From Minisyncoccia bacterium (GTDB lineage: Bacteria > Patescibacteriota > Minisyncoccia > Phycocordibacterales > Phycocordibacteraceae): a DNA stretch of 64,000 bases. Below, piece by piece: positions 1 to 8,676 of the stretch. The stretch covers positions 1,499 through 65,498 of the forward strand of contig JBGPJZ010000002.1 of the NCBI GenBank assembly GCA_041485695.1, in the 5' to 3' direction. The position numbers and the translations under genes are program-made. Positions within the stretch are counted from its first letter, which is position 1; each line of letters starts with the position of its first letter. The notes under the pieces are model-generated. The model was not told the origin of the DNA. It made no database searches and worked only from the letters and a program-made list of their open reading frames with translations.

Positions 1-476
1 TTGGCGTAGACGACGGGGAAGTTTGACTGCTCATCAGTAGCACCAAGCTCCAAAAAGAGCTCGAGTACTTGCTCTTCGCAGAGTGCGGGGTTCGCCGCGG
101 GCTTATCTATCTTGTTGATGACAACGATGGGCTTGAGCCCCAGCTCAAGCGATTTCTTGAGTACGAAGCGCGTCTGCGGCATCGGCCCCTCTTGCGCGTC
201 GACGATGAGGAGTACGGAGTCGATCGAGCGGAGCACGCGCTCCACCTCGCTCCCGAAATCCGCATGCCCCGGTGTATCAACGATATTTATCTTAGTGCCC
301 TTATATTCAACTGCCGCATTCTTGGCATAAATGGTGATACCCCGCTCGAGTTCGAGCGTGTTTGAGTCCATCGAGACGCCCTCTTGCGCCGCACCTGTTT
401 GGCGCAAAATAGCATCAGTAAGCGTAGTCTTACCGTGGTCGACGTGAGCGATAATCGCAATATTCCTGATTTCCAT
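1..476 (-). CDS. typA: Translational GTPase TypA/BipA, N-terminal ~158 aa (partial, runs off window start)
   Basis: Minus-strand translation from 476 gives [19 protein letters not shown]...[15 protein letters not shown]...[12 protein letters not shown]1, G3 and G4 motifs and overall order match TypA/BipA rather than LepA, EF-G or RF3. There is no stop before position 1, so it is absent from the ORF track. Confidence 0.8.
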   Translation of the reverse strand, partial: MEIRNIAIIAHVDHGKTTLTDAILRQTGAAQEGVSMDSNTLELERGITIYAKNAAVEYKGTKINIVDTPGHADFGSEVERVLRSIDSVLLIVDAQEGPMPQTRFVLKKSLELGLKPIVVINKIDKPAANPALCEEQVLELFLELGATDEQSNFPVVYA

Positions 477-616
477 AAGTAAGCTTTCTTTCTGCGCTCG
501 CTCGGAAAAATGAAGTACTAACTCCACTTTTCACTCATCCGCTTGTTAGTAAAAAATAAATGGCCCCGTGGCCAGTAGAGATACTCTAGCACACAATCTG
601 GCTTGAGGGAATCCGC

Positions 617-1003
617 TTACCCGCCGTAATGCTCGCCCTCATCCGCTTCGGCTTCAGCCTTCGTCTTGTGGATGGTGCCGTCTTTGTGATTCGGGGGCGC
701 GTACAAAGTGTAGAGCTTCATCGGCCGCTCGCTCGAAGTGTTGATGATGTTGTGCCGCGTACCTTGGGGGATGACGACCACCGAGCCGTCGCGGAGCTCG
801 TGCTCTTCGCCATCTAAGACTGACGTGCCCTCCCCTGCCTCGACGCGGATAAACTGGTCGAGCTCATGCACCTCCTCGCCGATATCCTCATTCGGCTTCA
901 AGCTCATGACGACGAGCTGGAGCCGCGCGTCGGTATAGAGGACTTTTCTAAAATACTCATTCTCAACCGATGCCTGCTCGATATTGGTGACGAATCCTTT
1001 CAT
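617..1003 (-). CDS. Cupin-domain protein
   Basis: 128 aa small acidic protein with cupin_2-like core (…VHELDQFIRVEAGEGT…GSVVVIPQGTRHN…). Confidence 0.5.
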   Translation of the reverse strand: MKGFVTNIEQASVENEYFRKVLYTDARLQLVVMSLKPNEDIGEEVHELDQFIRVEAGEGTSVLDGEEHELRDGSVVVIPQGTRHNIINTSSERPMKLYTLYAPPNHKDGTIHKTKAEAEADEGEHYGG

Positions 1004-1015
1004 ACCGCCATTGTA

Positions 1016-1612
1016 CTACAGGTCCTTGATGTCCCTCACGATCTCGGGGAATTTTTCAGTATGAAAATGCCCTTTATTTTTAAAGATTCGTACAAGAGCT
1101 TGCGGCAGCCCTTTTTGGTATTTCTTAACGTCTGAAATAGGCACTATTTTGTCATCTTTACTTTGGTAAAGAATTATCGTATCCGACTGCTCCGCAAACC
1201 GTTTGAGGGGTGCTATCAATACAAAATCTGCCTTTTTGTACTTTTTTCGAGTTAAAAAGGGCGCAGCGACAAGCAAGGTTGCCTTGATGGATTTCGGGTA
1301 GCGTTCCTCTGATAAGAATTTTGAAAGAAAAATTCCCCCAAGGGAATGCCCTACGAAAATGGTATCCGGCCGAAAGAAACGGAGATTGTTCTTGAACCAA
1401 ATCTTCCATTCAAGGTACTTTGCGTTCTGCGCGTTAGGCATAGGAAGCGGGACTACATCGAACTTTCGCCCGAGTTTCTTCGCAAGGCGTGACTTCCATC
1501 CTTTAAAGGCAAGCCGTTTCAAGTCAATCTTTTTCTTTTTAAGATCGCGCACATAGTCATCGTAGGAGTCAAAAATATTCCCGCCGTGTATCACCACCAC
1601 CTGTTGTTTCAT
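1016..1612 (-). CDS. Alpha/beta-hydrolase fold serine hydrolase (YdeN/RBBP9-like)
   Basis: 198 aa with VVIHGG start, nucleophile elbow GHSLGG and a C-terminal His (NKGHFH). Confidence 0.5.
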   Translation of the reverse strand: MKQQVVVIHGGNIFDSYDDYVRDLKKKKIDLKRLAFKGWKSRLAKKLGRKFDVVPLPMPNAQNAKYLEWKIWFKNNLRFFRPDTIFVGHSLGGIFLSKFLSEERYPKSIKATLLVAAPFLTRKKYKKADFVLIAPLKRFAEQSDTIILYQSKDDKIVPISDVKKYQKGLPQALVRIFKNKGHFHTEKFPEIVRDIKDL

Positions 1613-1647
1613 TAGGGCAAGTGTAGCGCATGAGGTAGCATACGGCG

Positions 1648-1872
1648 ATGGATATCAGGGTACGGGTCAAGACGGGCGCGAGAAGGGAGTCAGTCATTGA
1701 GCTTGATGCGAAGAGTCTCCAGATAGTCGTCAAAGAGAAGCCGCAAGATAATGCGGCGAACCGCCGCGTCCTCGAGCTCGTGGCGGAGCACTACCGATGC
1801 CCGCTCAAGAACGTGCGCATCACCCGCGGCCACTCTGCGCCGCTGAAACACCTCCACTTGCAGCGGAGCTGA
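1648..1872 (+). CDS. DUF167/YggU-family small protein
   Basis: 74 aa; …DNAANRRVLELVAEHYRCPLKNVRITRGHSAPLK resembles the UPF0235/DUF167 consensus. Confidence 0.45.
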   Translation: MDIRVRVKTGARRESVIELDAKSLQIVVKEKPQDNAANRRVLELVAEHYRCPLKNVRITRGHSAPLKHLHLQRS

Positions 1873-2469
1873 TTACTGCACTTTTATGTCGGCGCCGTTA
1901 TAGAACGGCACGGTAACGGGCGGCGCGAATTTTGCCGGGTCAGGAGTCCACGGCGAGCATTTGACGTTCACCTGGCTCCATGGGTCGACGCCCCCGTAGC
2001 TTGAGACAACGCTCCCGCCCGAGCTCACATTCGCGAGTACACGCAGGCCATTGCCTCCTGACGACTTCCAGGCGTACACATAGACCCCGTCGTCAATCAT
2101 ATCTACGGCGTTCGCGAGATTCGCGCGCGCCTTCGTGCCTGAAAGGTAGAGCGTACCGGAGTGATACGGGCTTGGCGAAACGGTTGTGAACGAACACGAA
2201 TAGTTATTATCCTTAAGCGTCAGGAGGTGGACGATGCTGTCGACACTGCTCAACTTGATGTTCGCGACAGGGACAGGAACGGTTGATTTAGTCGCCGCTT
2301 TCGTACCTGACGTGCTCTTCGCCGGCGCAGAGGGCGCCGTAGTCGTCGAGGCCAGGGGGAGAGTGAGGGTGAACTGGTCGGAGCCCATCCGGTTCAGATA
2401 CCAGACGCCGATGCTAGCTACCGCGATGAGCCCGACTATCACAATAAAGAGCGTCATTTCGTTCTTCAT
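1873..2469 (-). CDS. Hypothetical secreted/membrane-anchored protein
   Basis: N-terminal TM/signal anchor MTLFIVIVGLIAVASIGVW followed by a Thr/Ser/Pro-rich linker and a C-terminal Cys pair. Confidence 0.4.
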   Translation of the reverse strand: MKNEMTLFIVIVGLIAVASIGVWYLNRMGSDQFTLTLPLASTTTAPSAPAKSTSGTKAATKSTVPVPVANIKLSSVDSIVHLLTLKDNNYSCSFTTVSPSPYHSGTLYLSGTKARANLANAVDMIDDGVYVYAWKSSGGNGLRVLANVSSGGSVVSSYGGVDPWSQVNVKCSPWTPDPAKFAPPVTVPFYNGADIKVQ

Positions 2470-2491
2470 AGGAGTTATTACGATTGGTAAA

Positions 2492-3256
2492 TCATGCTGC
2501 GAGCCAGCCGCCGTCTACATAGAGCGTCGAGCCAGTGATATAGCTCGCTTCTTCAGACGCAAGGAACACGACTGCGGCCGATACCTCTTCGGGCCTCCCG
2601 ATGCGCTTAAGCGGGACCCGAAGATTAATCTCGTCGGCAGTTTCTGGCATCAGATCTTTACCCGGTTCACGCACCATCGGCGTATCAATCGCCCCCGGAG
2701 CTATCACATTGACCGTGATCCCGTACTGCGCCCATTCATCAGCAAGCGACTCTGTCATCCCGACGATACCGCCCTTTGATGCCGCGTAATGAGTGGCTCC
2801 CATAAATCCGATACCGAGCCCGCCCGAAGCAATCGAAGAGATGTTGATGATGCGACCCCACTTATTTTTTAACATCTCCTTCGCGGCACGTTGGGCGCAG
2901 AGGAATTGCCCTTTGAGATTGATATGGATGGTGCGCTCCCACTCCTCTTCAGTAAGTTCGAGTGCAGGTTTCGGTTCGTAAATGCCCGCGTTGTTAACCA
3001 AGATATCAAGCCGTTCGAAGTTCTCCACTGTTTCATCGAACATTGCTTTGATCTGCAATGCATCGGTGACATCCATAGCAAAGCCGATCGCCTCGCCGCC
3101 CGCGGCCTTGATTTCTGCAACAACCTCCGCGCAGTCGTTCGCTCTATTGGTCGCCACAACCTTCGCACCCTGTTTCGCGAGCGCGAGCGCGTGCGCCTTG
3201 CCCATCCCGCGGCGGGCGCCGGTGACGAGCGCTACTTTGCCAGTGAGGTCGAACAT
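2492..3256 (-). CDS. SDR-family NAD(P)-dependent oxidoreductase (FabG-like)
   Basis: Rossmann motif VTGARRGMGKA, NNAG, and catalytic YAASKGG (YxxxK). Confidence 0.85.
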   Translation of the reverse strand: MFDLTGKVALVTGARRGMGKAHALALAKQGAKVVATNRANDCAEVVAEIKAAGGEAIGFAMDVTDALQIKAMFDETVENFERLDILVNNAGIYEPKPALELTEEEWERTIHINLKGQFLCAQRAAKEMLKNKWGRIINISSIASGGLGIGFMGATHYAASKGGIVGMTESLADEWAQYGITVNVIAPGAIDTPMVREPGKDLMPETADEINLRVPLKRIGRPEEVSAAVVFLASEEASYITGSTLYVDGGWLAA

Positions 3257-3519
3257 CAGCGCTTGTGCACCCGATTCCAGATCATCGCAAAGGCGTAGCC
3301 CGCGATGTAGCCGACGATAGCGGTAACGATGATGAGTGAGACTGCTGTCCCGAAATCAAAGGGCCCCACCGTAAGTGAAAGGTGAATCATGTGGACGCGA
3401 AGGATGAAGGCGAGGAGCCCCTGCCCCCACCCGAGTAGAACTAAGACCGACCAAACGAGATGCCAAAGGCCAAGCAAAGCGCCGAGCGCTACGCCTGCCT
3501 TCATAGGATTAATGTGCAT
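3256..3519 (-). CDS. Small membrane protein (2-3 TM), hypothetical
   Basis: 87 aa hydrophobic ORF whose stop abuts the SDR start codon. Confidence 0.3.
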   Translation of the reverse strand: MHINPMKAGVALGALLGLWHLVWSVLVLLGWGQGLLAFILRVHMIHLSLTVGPFDFGTAVSLIIVTAIVGYIAGYAFAMIWNRVHKR

Positions 3520-3574
3520 GAGAATCAGCTAAGCGAGTAACCCCTTTAGTATACCTCCTCCGAGTACGGCCCTT

Positions 3575-4120
3575 TTAGATATCCTTGAATGACGGGTTGT
3601 TTATGTAGTCGGCCTTGCTTATCGGTATGCCGTTCTTACGGACAAGCGCGTAGGCGGTCACGAAATGAAAGAAGAAGTTCGGCACGCTGAACTCACGTAC
3701 GTATTCGAAGCCAGTGAAGACCCTATTCGGGAAGTAGGGCATCGTAATTTTTCGCTCGCTCGCACCCGCGAAACTTTCGAGGGTGACTGTCGAAAGAAAG
3801 GCGAGCGTCTTGTCGATGCGCGCCTGAAGCTCTGCAATCGTCTTTTCGGTGTCCTCGAACTTCGGCGCTTCAGTGCCCGAGAGGCGCGCCGCGGCGCCCT
3901 TAGCGTTGTCGCACGCGATCTGCACCTGCCTCGCAAGCGGATACATATCAGGCGCAAGGCGGTCATTGAGGAGCATCGACTCATCGATGCCGTGCTCGCT
4001 CGCCTTCTGGAGTACGTTCTTTAACCCTCCGAGACTTCTCGCGAAAATAGGGATGGTGAAATCATAGATGCTTTTATCCATAGATAAAATATTGCGTTGA
4101 TAGCCTGCGGAGTGTATCAC
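3575..4120 (-). CDS. DUF1993-family protein
   Basis: 181 aa helical protein with …LAPDMYPLARQVQIACDNAKGAAARL… pattern resembling DUF1993. Confidence 0.4.
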   Translation of the reverse strand: MIHSAGYQRNILSMDKSIYDFTIPIFARSLGGLKNVLQKASEHGIDESMLLNDRLAPDMYPLARQVQIACDNAKGAAARLSGTEAPKFEDTEKTIAELQARIDKTLAFLSTVTLESFAGASERKITMPYFPNRVFTGFEYVREFSVPNFFFHFVTAYALVRKNGIPISKADYINNPSFKDI

Positions 4121-4181
4121 GCGGGCTCTGAACGCAACTGGGGATAGCTTATATCTTTTCGACGACGATAGGTGCCTCGAG

Positions 4182-4252
4182 CTGCCAGACTTGGATTCGA
4201 ACCAAGATACCGAGATTCAGAGTCTCGGGTCCTACCATTAGACGATCTGGCA
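4182..4252 (-). tRNA. tRNA-Gln (anticodon CTG)
   Basis: Reverse complement TGCCAGATCGTCTAATGGTAGGACCCGAGACTCTGAATCTCGGTATCTTGGTTCGAATCCAAGTCTGGCAG folds as a cloverleaf. Acceptor stem is 7 bp, the D-loop contains GG, the anticodon loop is CTCTGAA and the T-loop is TTCGAAT. Confidence 0.75.
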
Positions 4253-4314
4253 ATAGTGGCGTGCAGGAGCACGCCACTACATTGACGATACGAGAAAAAC
4301 GCTAAAGAGACAAG

Positions 4315-5115
4315 TTACTGCGTTTGCGCGCTCGATGACGCGTTCTGGTTCGCGCGGACGCCTGCCGCGGCGCCCTTAAGGCCCGAGATGATGGCCGCGA
4401 TATCCTGGCGAGCCGCATTGAGGTCTTTGATGGCGAGCTTAATCTTCGACTGCGCATCCTTGAGCGCGGCGCGGTTACTTGCAGCGATCTTCGCGTCGCC
4501 ATTATCCGGCTGGAGCGCCGCGACGACTCCGACGGCGGCCGATGCCTGCGTGTTCGCGTCGGTCACCTTCGCCTTGAGGTCGGTATCGGCGGCGATAAGC
4601 GCCGTCGTGTCGCCGGTCGATGAGGCGATACGCATCGCAAGCTTCCCTTCCAGCACTGCCATCTGCTGCACGGTAGTGACCGAGCGGTCAGCGGCGGCGA
4701 TGACATGGATCTGCGGCAGGAGGAGCGCGTAGACGCGGTACGATTTCGTTATCGACTGTACGTCCGACTTAAGGTCAGCAAGGACGGAGTCGGCATCAAT
4801 CTTGGCCTTGAGCGCGGTCAAGGTCGTGATTTCGGCCGAAACGGTCGACTGGAGGTTTGCCTTATCAGTATCGTTCACTTTCTTCATTTCACCGATGCGC
4901 CCGAGTACCTCATTGAGGTTCGTGGTGCGGCGATCGATTTCTTGGTCTCCGCGTGCCTTCGCCTTTGTCTCGAAGGTTGCGCTGGCCTGACCAGAGACGG
5001 CGGTGCCACCCGGAGTCGTAACAGTAGTAGTTACGGCAGCGCCCGTGTCCTGCGCAAGCGCGAGCATGGGGAGAGCAAGGAGGCCGAACGTAAGCAGGAT
5101 GGTGGATGATTTCAT
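4315..5115 (-). CDS. Secreted alpha-helical protein (hypothetical)
   Basis: Signal peptide MKSSTILLTFGLLALPMLALAQ at an internal Met; Ala/Thr/Lys/Asp-rich helical segments. The ORF-track extension to 5232 is probably not translated. Confidence 0.45.
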   Translation of the reverse strand: MKSSTILLTFGLLALPMLALAQDTGAAVTTTVTTPGGTAVSGQASATFETKAKARGDQEIDRRTTNLNEVLGRIGEMKKVNDTDKANLQSTVSAEITTLTALKAKIDADSVLADLKSDVQSITKSYRVYALLLPQIHVIAAADRSVTTVQQMAVLEGKLAMRIASSTGDTTALIAADTDLKAKVTDANTQASAAVGVVAALQPDNGDAKIAASNRAALKDAQSKIKLAIKDLNAARQDIAAIISGLKGAAAGVRANQNASSSAQTQ

Positions 5116-5134
5116 AGCATCAATGGTGAGTGGA

Positions 5135-5398
5135 TTAATAAGTCTGCGAAACCGGCTGATCATTGAGGCTTGCATCCAAGCTTGCGCTGTCGGAGGTGAG
5201 TCCTGACATCTGTGCATCGATTGCTGCTGCATCTTGCGCTACTCCGGCGTCTGATGTATCGGGAGCCGCATTCGTATTCTGGCTCGTGGTCGGTGGCGCG
5301 CCCGCAGGTGCGGCTCCTTGATGGGTATACCAATAATATGCGCCGCCAAGGATGACGATGGCAGCGACGATCCACGTGATGATTGTGCTCTTTGACAT
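5135..5398 (-). CDS. Small membrane-anchored protein (hypothetical)
   Basis: 87 aa; N-terminal TM helix IITWIVAAIVILGGAYYWY followed by a low-complexity Ala/Ser/Asp tail. Confidence 0.35.
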   Translation of the reverse strand: MSKSTIITWIVAAIVILGGAYYWYTHQGAAPAGAPPTTSQNTNAAPDTSDAGVAQDAAAIDAQMSGLTSDSASLDASLNDQPVSQTY

Positions 5399-5457
5399 AA
5401 AAATGATGAGGTTAAATAATGGCGAGCTCTGGGGAGAGTATACTATGAGAGTAAAAT

Positions 5458-6201
5458 ATGCTCCACGGCTCCCACCAGATACGAAGCGGCCGCCATCCGG
5501 GTAGGGCTTGGCGCAGGCGGCTGACGCACTCGTGGGCCATTATGGCGGTCATTCTCGCACCGCTGGCCGTGCTCGGGGTCTCGGGCTCCTTGGTCGGCAT
5601 CGACTGGATGGTGCTTGGCAAGGCCCTTGCGCTCTCATTCTTCTGCCTTATAGCGGCCTATGCCATCTCTCTCGTCATTGGAGTGAGCGTTGCTCTCCTT
5701 ATCGGGTGGAGCCCTTACACGAACGCCTTCCTCCCTTTCTTAGACGTCCTTCAGAACGTGCCCTCGTTCGCCCTCATACCGGTGTTCATCCTTCTTATGG
5801 GCTACACCATCCCGATGATTATCGTCTTTACGGCGACCTCAATCGTCTGGCCAATCCTCTTTTATGTCCTTTCCGCGATTCGTGCCGCCCATGAAGATCT
5901 AAACGATGCAGCGACGGTCTTCGGCGCACTCGGGCTGAAACGACTCCTCTACTATCTCATCCCGCTCTCGATCCCCGCCATCCTCACGGGTTCGATCGTC
6001 GGCATCTCGATCGGCTGGGAGGCCATCATCGGCGTCGAGATCATCGGGCACACGGGGGGTATCGGCACCTTTTTAAACTCGGCGCATAACAACCTGACGC
6101 TTATGGTCGGCATCGTCGCCATCCTTACGCTCGTCTTTATCATCAACCGGCTGGTATGGACCCCTCTTATTTCAAGTAATGCGCGCCACTATGCAGAGTG
6201 A
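5458..6201 (+). CDS. ABC transporter permease (NitT/TauT-type inner-membrane component)
   Basis: Six predicted TM helices with an EAA-like loop region; directly precedes and overlaps the cognate ATPase gene. Confidence 0.7.
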   Translation: MLHGSHQIRSGRHPGRAWRRRLTHSWAIMAVILAPLAVLGVSGSLVGIDWMVLGKALALSFFCLIAAYAISLVIGVSVALLIGWSPYTNAFLPFLDVLQNVPSFALIPVFILLMGYTIPMIIVFTATSIVWPILFYVLSAIRAAHEDLNDAATVFGALGLKRLLYYLIPLSIPAILTGSIVGISIGWEAIIGVEIIGHTGGIGTFLNSAHNNLTLMVGIVAILTLVFIINRLVWTPLISSNARHYAE

Positions 6202-6973
6202 TCCCCTCGGCCGTAGCACTACGGGCGAGGCGACTGTCGCACTCGCGCTCTCGCGGGTCTCGGCGCGCTTCCCTGACGATCACGACCACCACGGCTTTGT
6301 CTTGCGTGATATTTCCATTTCGATTGAGCGAGGGTCGTTCGTCTCTGTGGCCGGCCCGTCGGGCTCGGGGAAATCGACACTCATGCGTGTCATTTTAGGC
6401 CTCATGCCCCACGCGAGCGGCGAGGTGGTGCGCGCGTTCAAGCGGCCAGCGATGATATTCCAAAATTACGCCCTCTTTCCCTGGCTCACCGCCCTTGAAA
6501 ACGTCGCGTTCGGCCCTAAGATGCGCGGGACTAGGAAGAATAACCGCCTCAAGCTCGCACGTGAGAAACTTAACGAAGTCGGTCTTGAACATCTTGAGAG
6601 CCGCTACCCGGCCGAGCTCTCGGGCGGCCAGCGCCAGAGGGTCTCCGTCGCTCGCGCCCTGGCCGAGAACCCAGACTTTCTCGTCATGGACGAACCCTTT
6701 TCAAATCTCGATACGATAACTGCAGAGGAATTAAAGAAAGATATCCTGCGGATTTGGCGGCAGTACGGCATGACCATCCTCATGGTGAATCACCTGATTC
6801 CCGACGCAATCGAGCTCTCAGACAAGATTGTAGTAATGTCGGCCTCTCCTGGAGAAATTAAGAAAACCATCGTCGTCGACCTATCGCGCCCGCGCGATCC
6901 GCGCGATCCGCGATTCTTTAAATACGTCGATCTCCTCACCGCAGAATTGCGCGACCTTATGCACACTGCTTGA
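6179..6973 (+). CDS. ABC transporter ATP-binding protein (NitT/TauT-type)
   Basis: Walker A GPSGSGKST, Q-loop, signature LSGGQRQRV, Walker B FLVMDEPFSNLD. Confidence 0.85.
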   Translation: MRATMQSDPLGRSTTGEATVALALSRVSARFPDDHDHHGFVLRDISISIERGSFVSVAGPSGSGKSTLMRVILGLMPHASGEVVRAFKRPAMIFQNYALFPWLTALENVAFGPKMRGTRKNNRLKLAREKLNEVGLEHLESRYPAELSGGQRQRVSVARALAENPDFLVMDEPFSNLDTITAEELKKDILRIWRQYGMTILMVNHLIPDAIELSDKIVVMSASPGEIKKTIVVDLSRPRDPRDPRFFKYVDLLTAELRDLMHTA

Positions 6974-7007
6974 TAGCGGCTGTTCTGCTATACTGCCCCA
7001 GACTTTT

Positions 7008-7781
7008 ATGGCGAATGCATTAACCATTACGAACCTTAGGAAGCGCTATGCGGCCCAGGGCGGCCAGGGTGGTACCGAAGCGCTAAAAGGCGTTTCTCTC
7101 ACTGTCCCGCAAGGCGACTTTTTCGCGCTCTTGGGGCCAAATGGAGCTGGCAAGACCACTCTTATCGGAGTCGTAACGGGCCTCGTCAATAAAACTGACG
7201 GTAAAGTGAAGGTATTCGACATAGACATCGACACAGAACCAGAGGAGGCCCGCACCATGATTGGTGTGTGCGGGCAGGAGATAAACTTCAACCCGTTCGA
7301 GAAGCCTATCGACATTCTCGTCAACCAGGCTGGGTACTATGGCATCCCGCGCAAGATTGCTCTCCCTCGTGCCGAAAAACTTCTCACGGATCTTGGTCTC
7401 GGCGAAAAAAGGAACCAGACCGGGCTTAAACTTTCAGGCGGGATGAAGCGCCGCCTCATGATTGCACGCGCTTTGATACATGAACCGAAGTTTCTCATTC
7501 TCGATGAGCCCACGGCTGGCGTTGACGTTGAGCTCCGCCGAAGCATGTGGGAGTACCTCACCACGCTTACGCGTGCGGGTATTACCATCCTCCTCACCAC
7601 CCACTACCTTGAGGAGGCGGAGCAGCTCGCGAAGCACGTCGCAATCATCAATAAGGGCGAAATCGTGGCAAACGGCACCATGGACGAAGTGCTGGCCCTC
7701 CATAGCGGCGCTCCCTCAAAAGACGGCTATCGCGGCGGCAAGCTTGAAGAAGTGTTCGTGCAGCTCACCAGCACTACCTGA
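7008..7781 (+). CDS. ABC transporter ATP-binding protein (ABC-2 exporter type)
   Basis: Walker A GPNGAGKTT, signature LSGGMKRRL, Walker B LILDEPTAGVD. Confidence 0.85.
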   Translation: MANALTITNLRKRYAAQGGQGGTEALKGVSLTVPQGDFFALLGPNGAGKTTLIGVVTGLVNKTDGKVKVFDIDIDTEPEEARTMIGVCGQEINFNPFEKPIDILVNQAGYYGIPRKIALPRAEKLLTDLGLGEKRNQTGLKLSGGMKRRLMIARALIHEPKFLILDEPTAGVDVELRRSMWEYLTTLTRAGITILLTTHYLEEAEQLAKHVAIINKGEIVANGTMDEVLALHSGAPSKDGYRGGKLEEVFVQLTSTT

Positions 7782-7782
7782 T

Positions 7783-8559
7783 ATGCCTTTTGATAAACAA
7801 TTCGTCTCGTACTACACCATTCTCCGCAAAGGTATCGTGCGCATATTCCGCATCTGGCCGCAGACGCTTTTGCCCTCACTCATGACCTCCGTCCTCTACT
7901 TTGCGGTGTTTGGTTCTATCTTAGGTTCTCGCATCGGGCTCATCGGCGGCGTCCCGTACATCCTCTTTGTGGTGCCTGGCCTTGTGATGCTCTCCGTCAT
8001 CACGAACGCTTACGCCGATGTAGCAACCACATTCTTCACGTCGAAATTCTTCTCACGCAACATCGACGAGATTCTCGTCTCCCCTACCCCGCCGTGGATC
8101 ATCATCGCGGGATTCGTCTCAAGCGGCGTGGTGCGCGGCGTTATTGTCGGTTGCCTCGTCCTCCTCGTCTCGCTCTTCTTTGCGCTCCCTTCGGTCGCGC
8201 ACCCTTTCATCGTCTTCCTTTTCTTGGTGCTCTCGAGCCTTGTTTTTGCGCTTGGCGGGCTCATCAACGGCATCTATGCAAAAGGCTTCGATGGTATCTC
8301 TATCGTCCCTACCTTCGTGCTTACCCCGCTCGTCTACCTGGGCGGCGTGTTCTACTCCATAAAATCGCTCCCGCCGATGTGGCAACAAGTGAGCGCCTTA
8401 AACCCCGTCTTCTACATCATCAACGGCTTTCGCTACGGATTCTTGGGCTTCGCCGACGTCTCGGTCATCACCTGTTTTCTCGTACTCTTCACGCTCGCGC
8501 TTATCCTCCTTGGCATCAACTGGTACTTCCTCCAAAAGGGCCTCGGCCTAAAGCAATAA
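7783..8559 (+). CDS. ABC-2 type transporter permease
   Basis: Start at MPFDKQFVSYYTIL… immediately after the ATPase stop; about 6 TM helices. The ORF-track 5' extension (7480-) is an out-of-frame overlap with the ATPase and is rejected. Confidence 0.7.
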   Translation: MPFDKQFVSYYTILRKGIVRIFRIWPQTLLPSLMTSVLYFAVFGSILGSRIGLIGGVPYILFVVPGLVMLSVITNAYADVATTFFTSKFFSRNIDEILVSPTPPWIIIAGFVSSGVVRGVIVGCLVLLVSLFFALPSVAHPFIVFLFLVLSSLVFALGGLINGIYAKGFDGISIVPTFVLTPLVYLGGVFYSIKSLPPMWQQVSALNPVFYIINGFRYGFLGFADVSVITCFLVLFTLALILLGINWYFLQKGLGLKQ

Positions 8560-8643
8560 AAAGAAAGGAGGCACCGCCGCTTATGCGACGAACCTCCCGA
8601 AACTTACCTAACCTGAATCGAACTATAGGTAAGAAATCAAACC

Positions 8644-8676
8644 CGCTAGCTTTCGGGCAGACTAGCGCTTTTTCTT
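8644..8676 (+). terminator. Putative intrinsic terminator for the plus-strand ABC operon
   Basis: CGCTAG-cTTTCGGGCAGa-CTAGCG hairpin followed by CTTTTTCTT; it overlaps the pyrG stop codon on the opposite strand. Confidence 0.35.

Noticed and set aside
6889-6915. Tandem CGCGATCCG x2 microrepeat
   Set aside because: It simply encodes PRDPRDP near the C-terminus of the ABC ATPase. It is too short to be a meaningful repeat element.
7480-7782. 5' part of the 359-aa ORF 7480-8559
   Set aside because: It is out of frame with and embedded in the ABC ATPase gene. The real permease start is the ATG at 7783, immediately after the ATPase stop.
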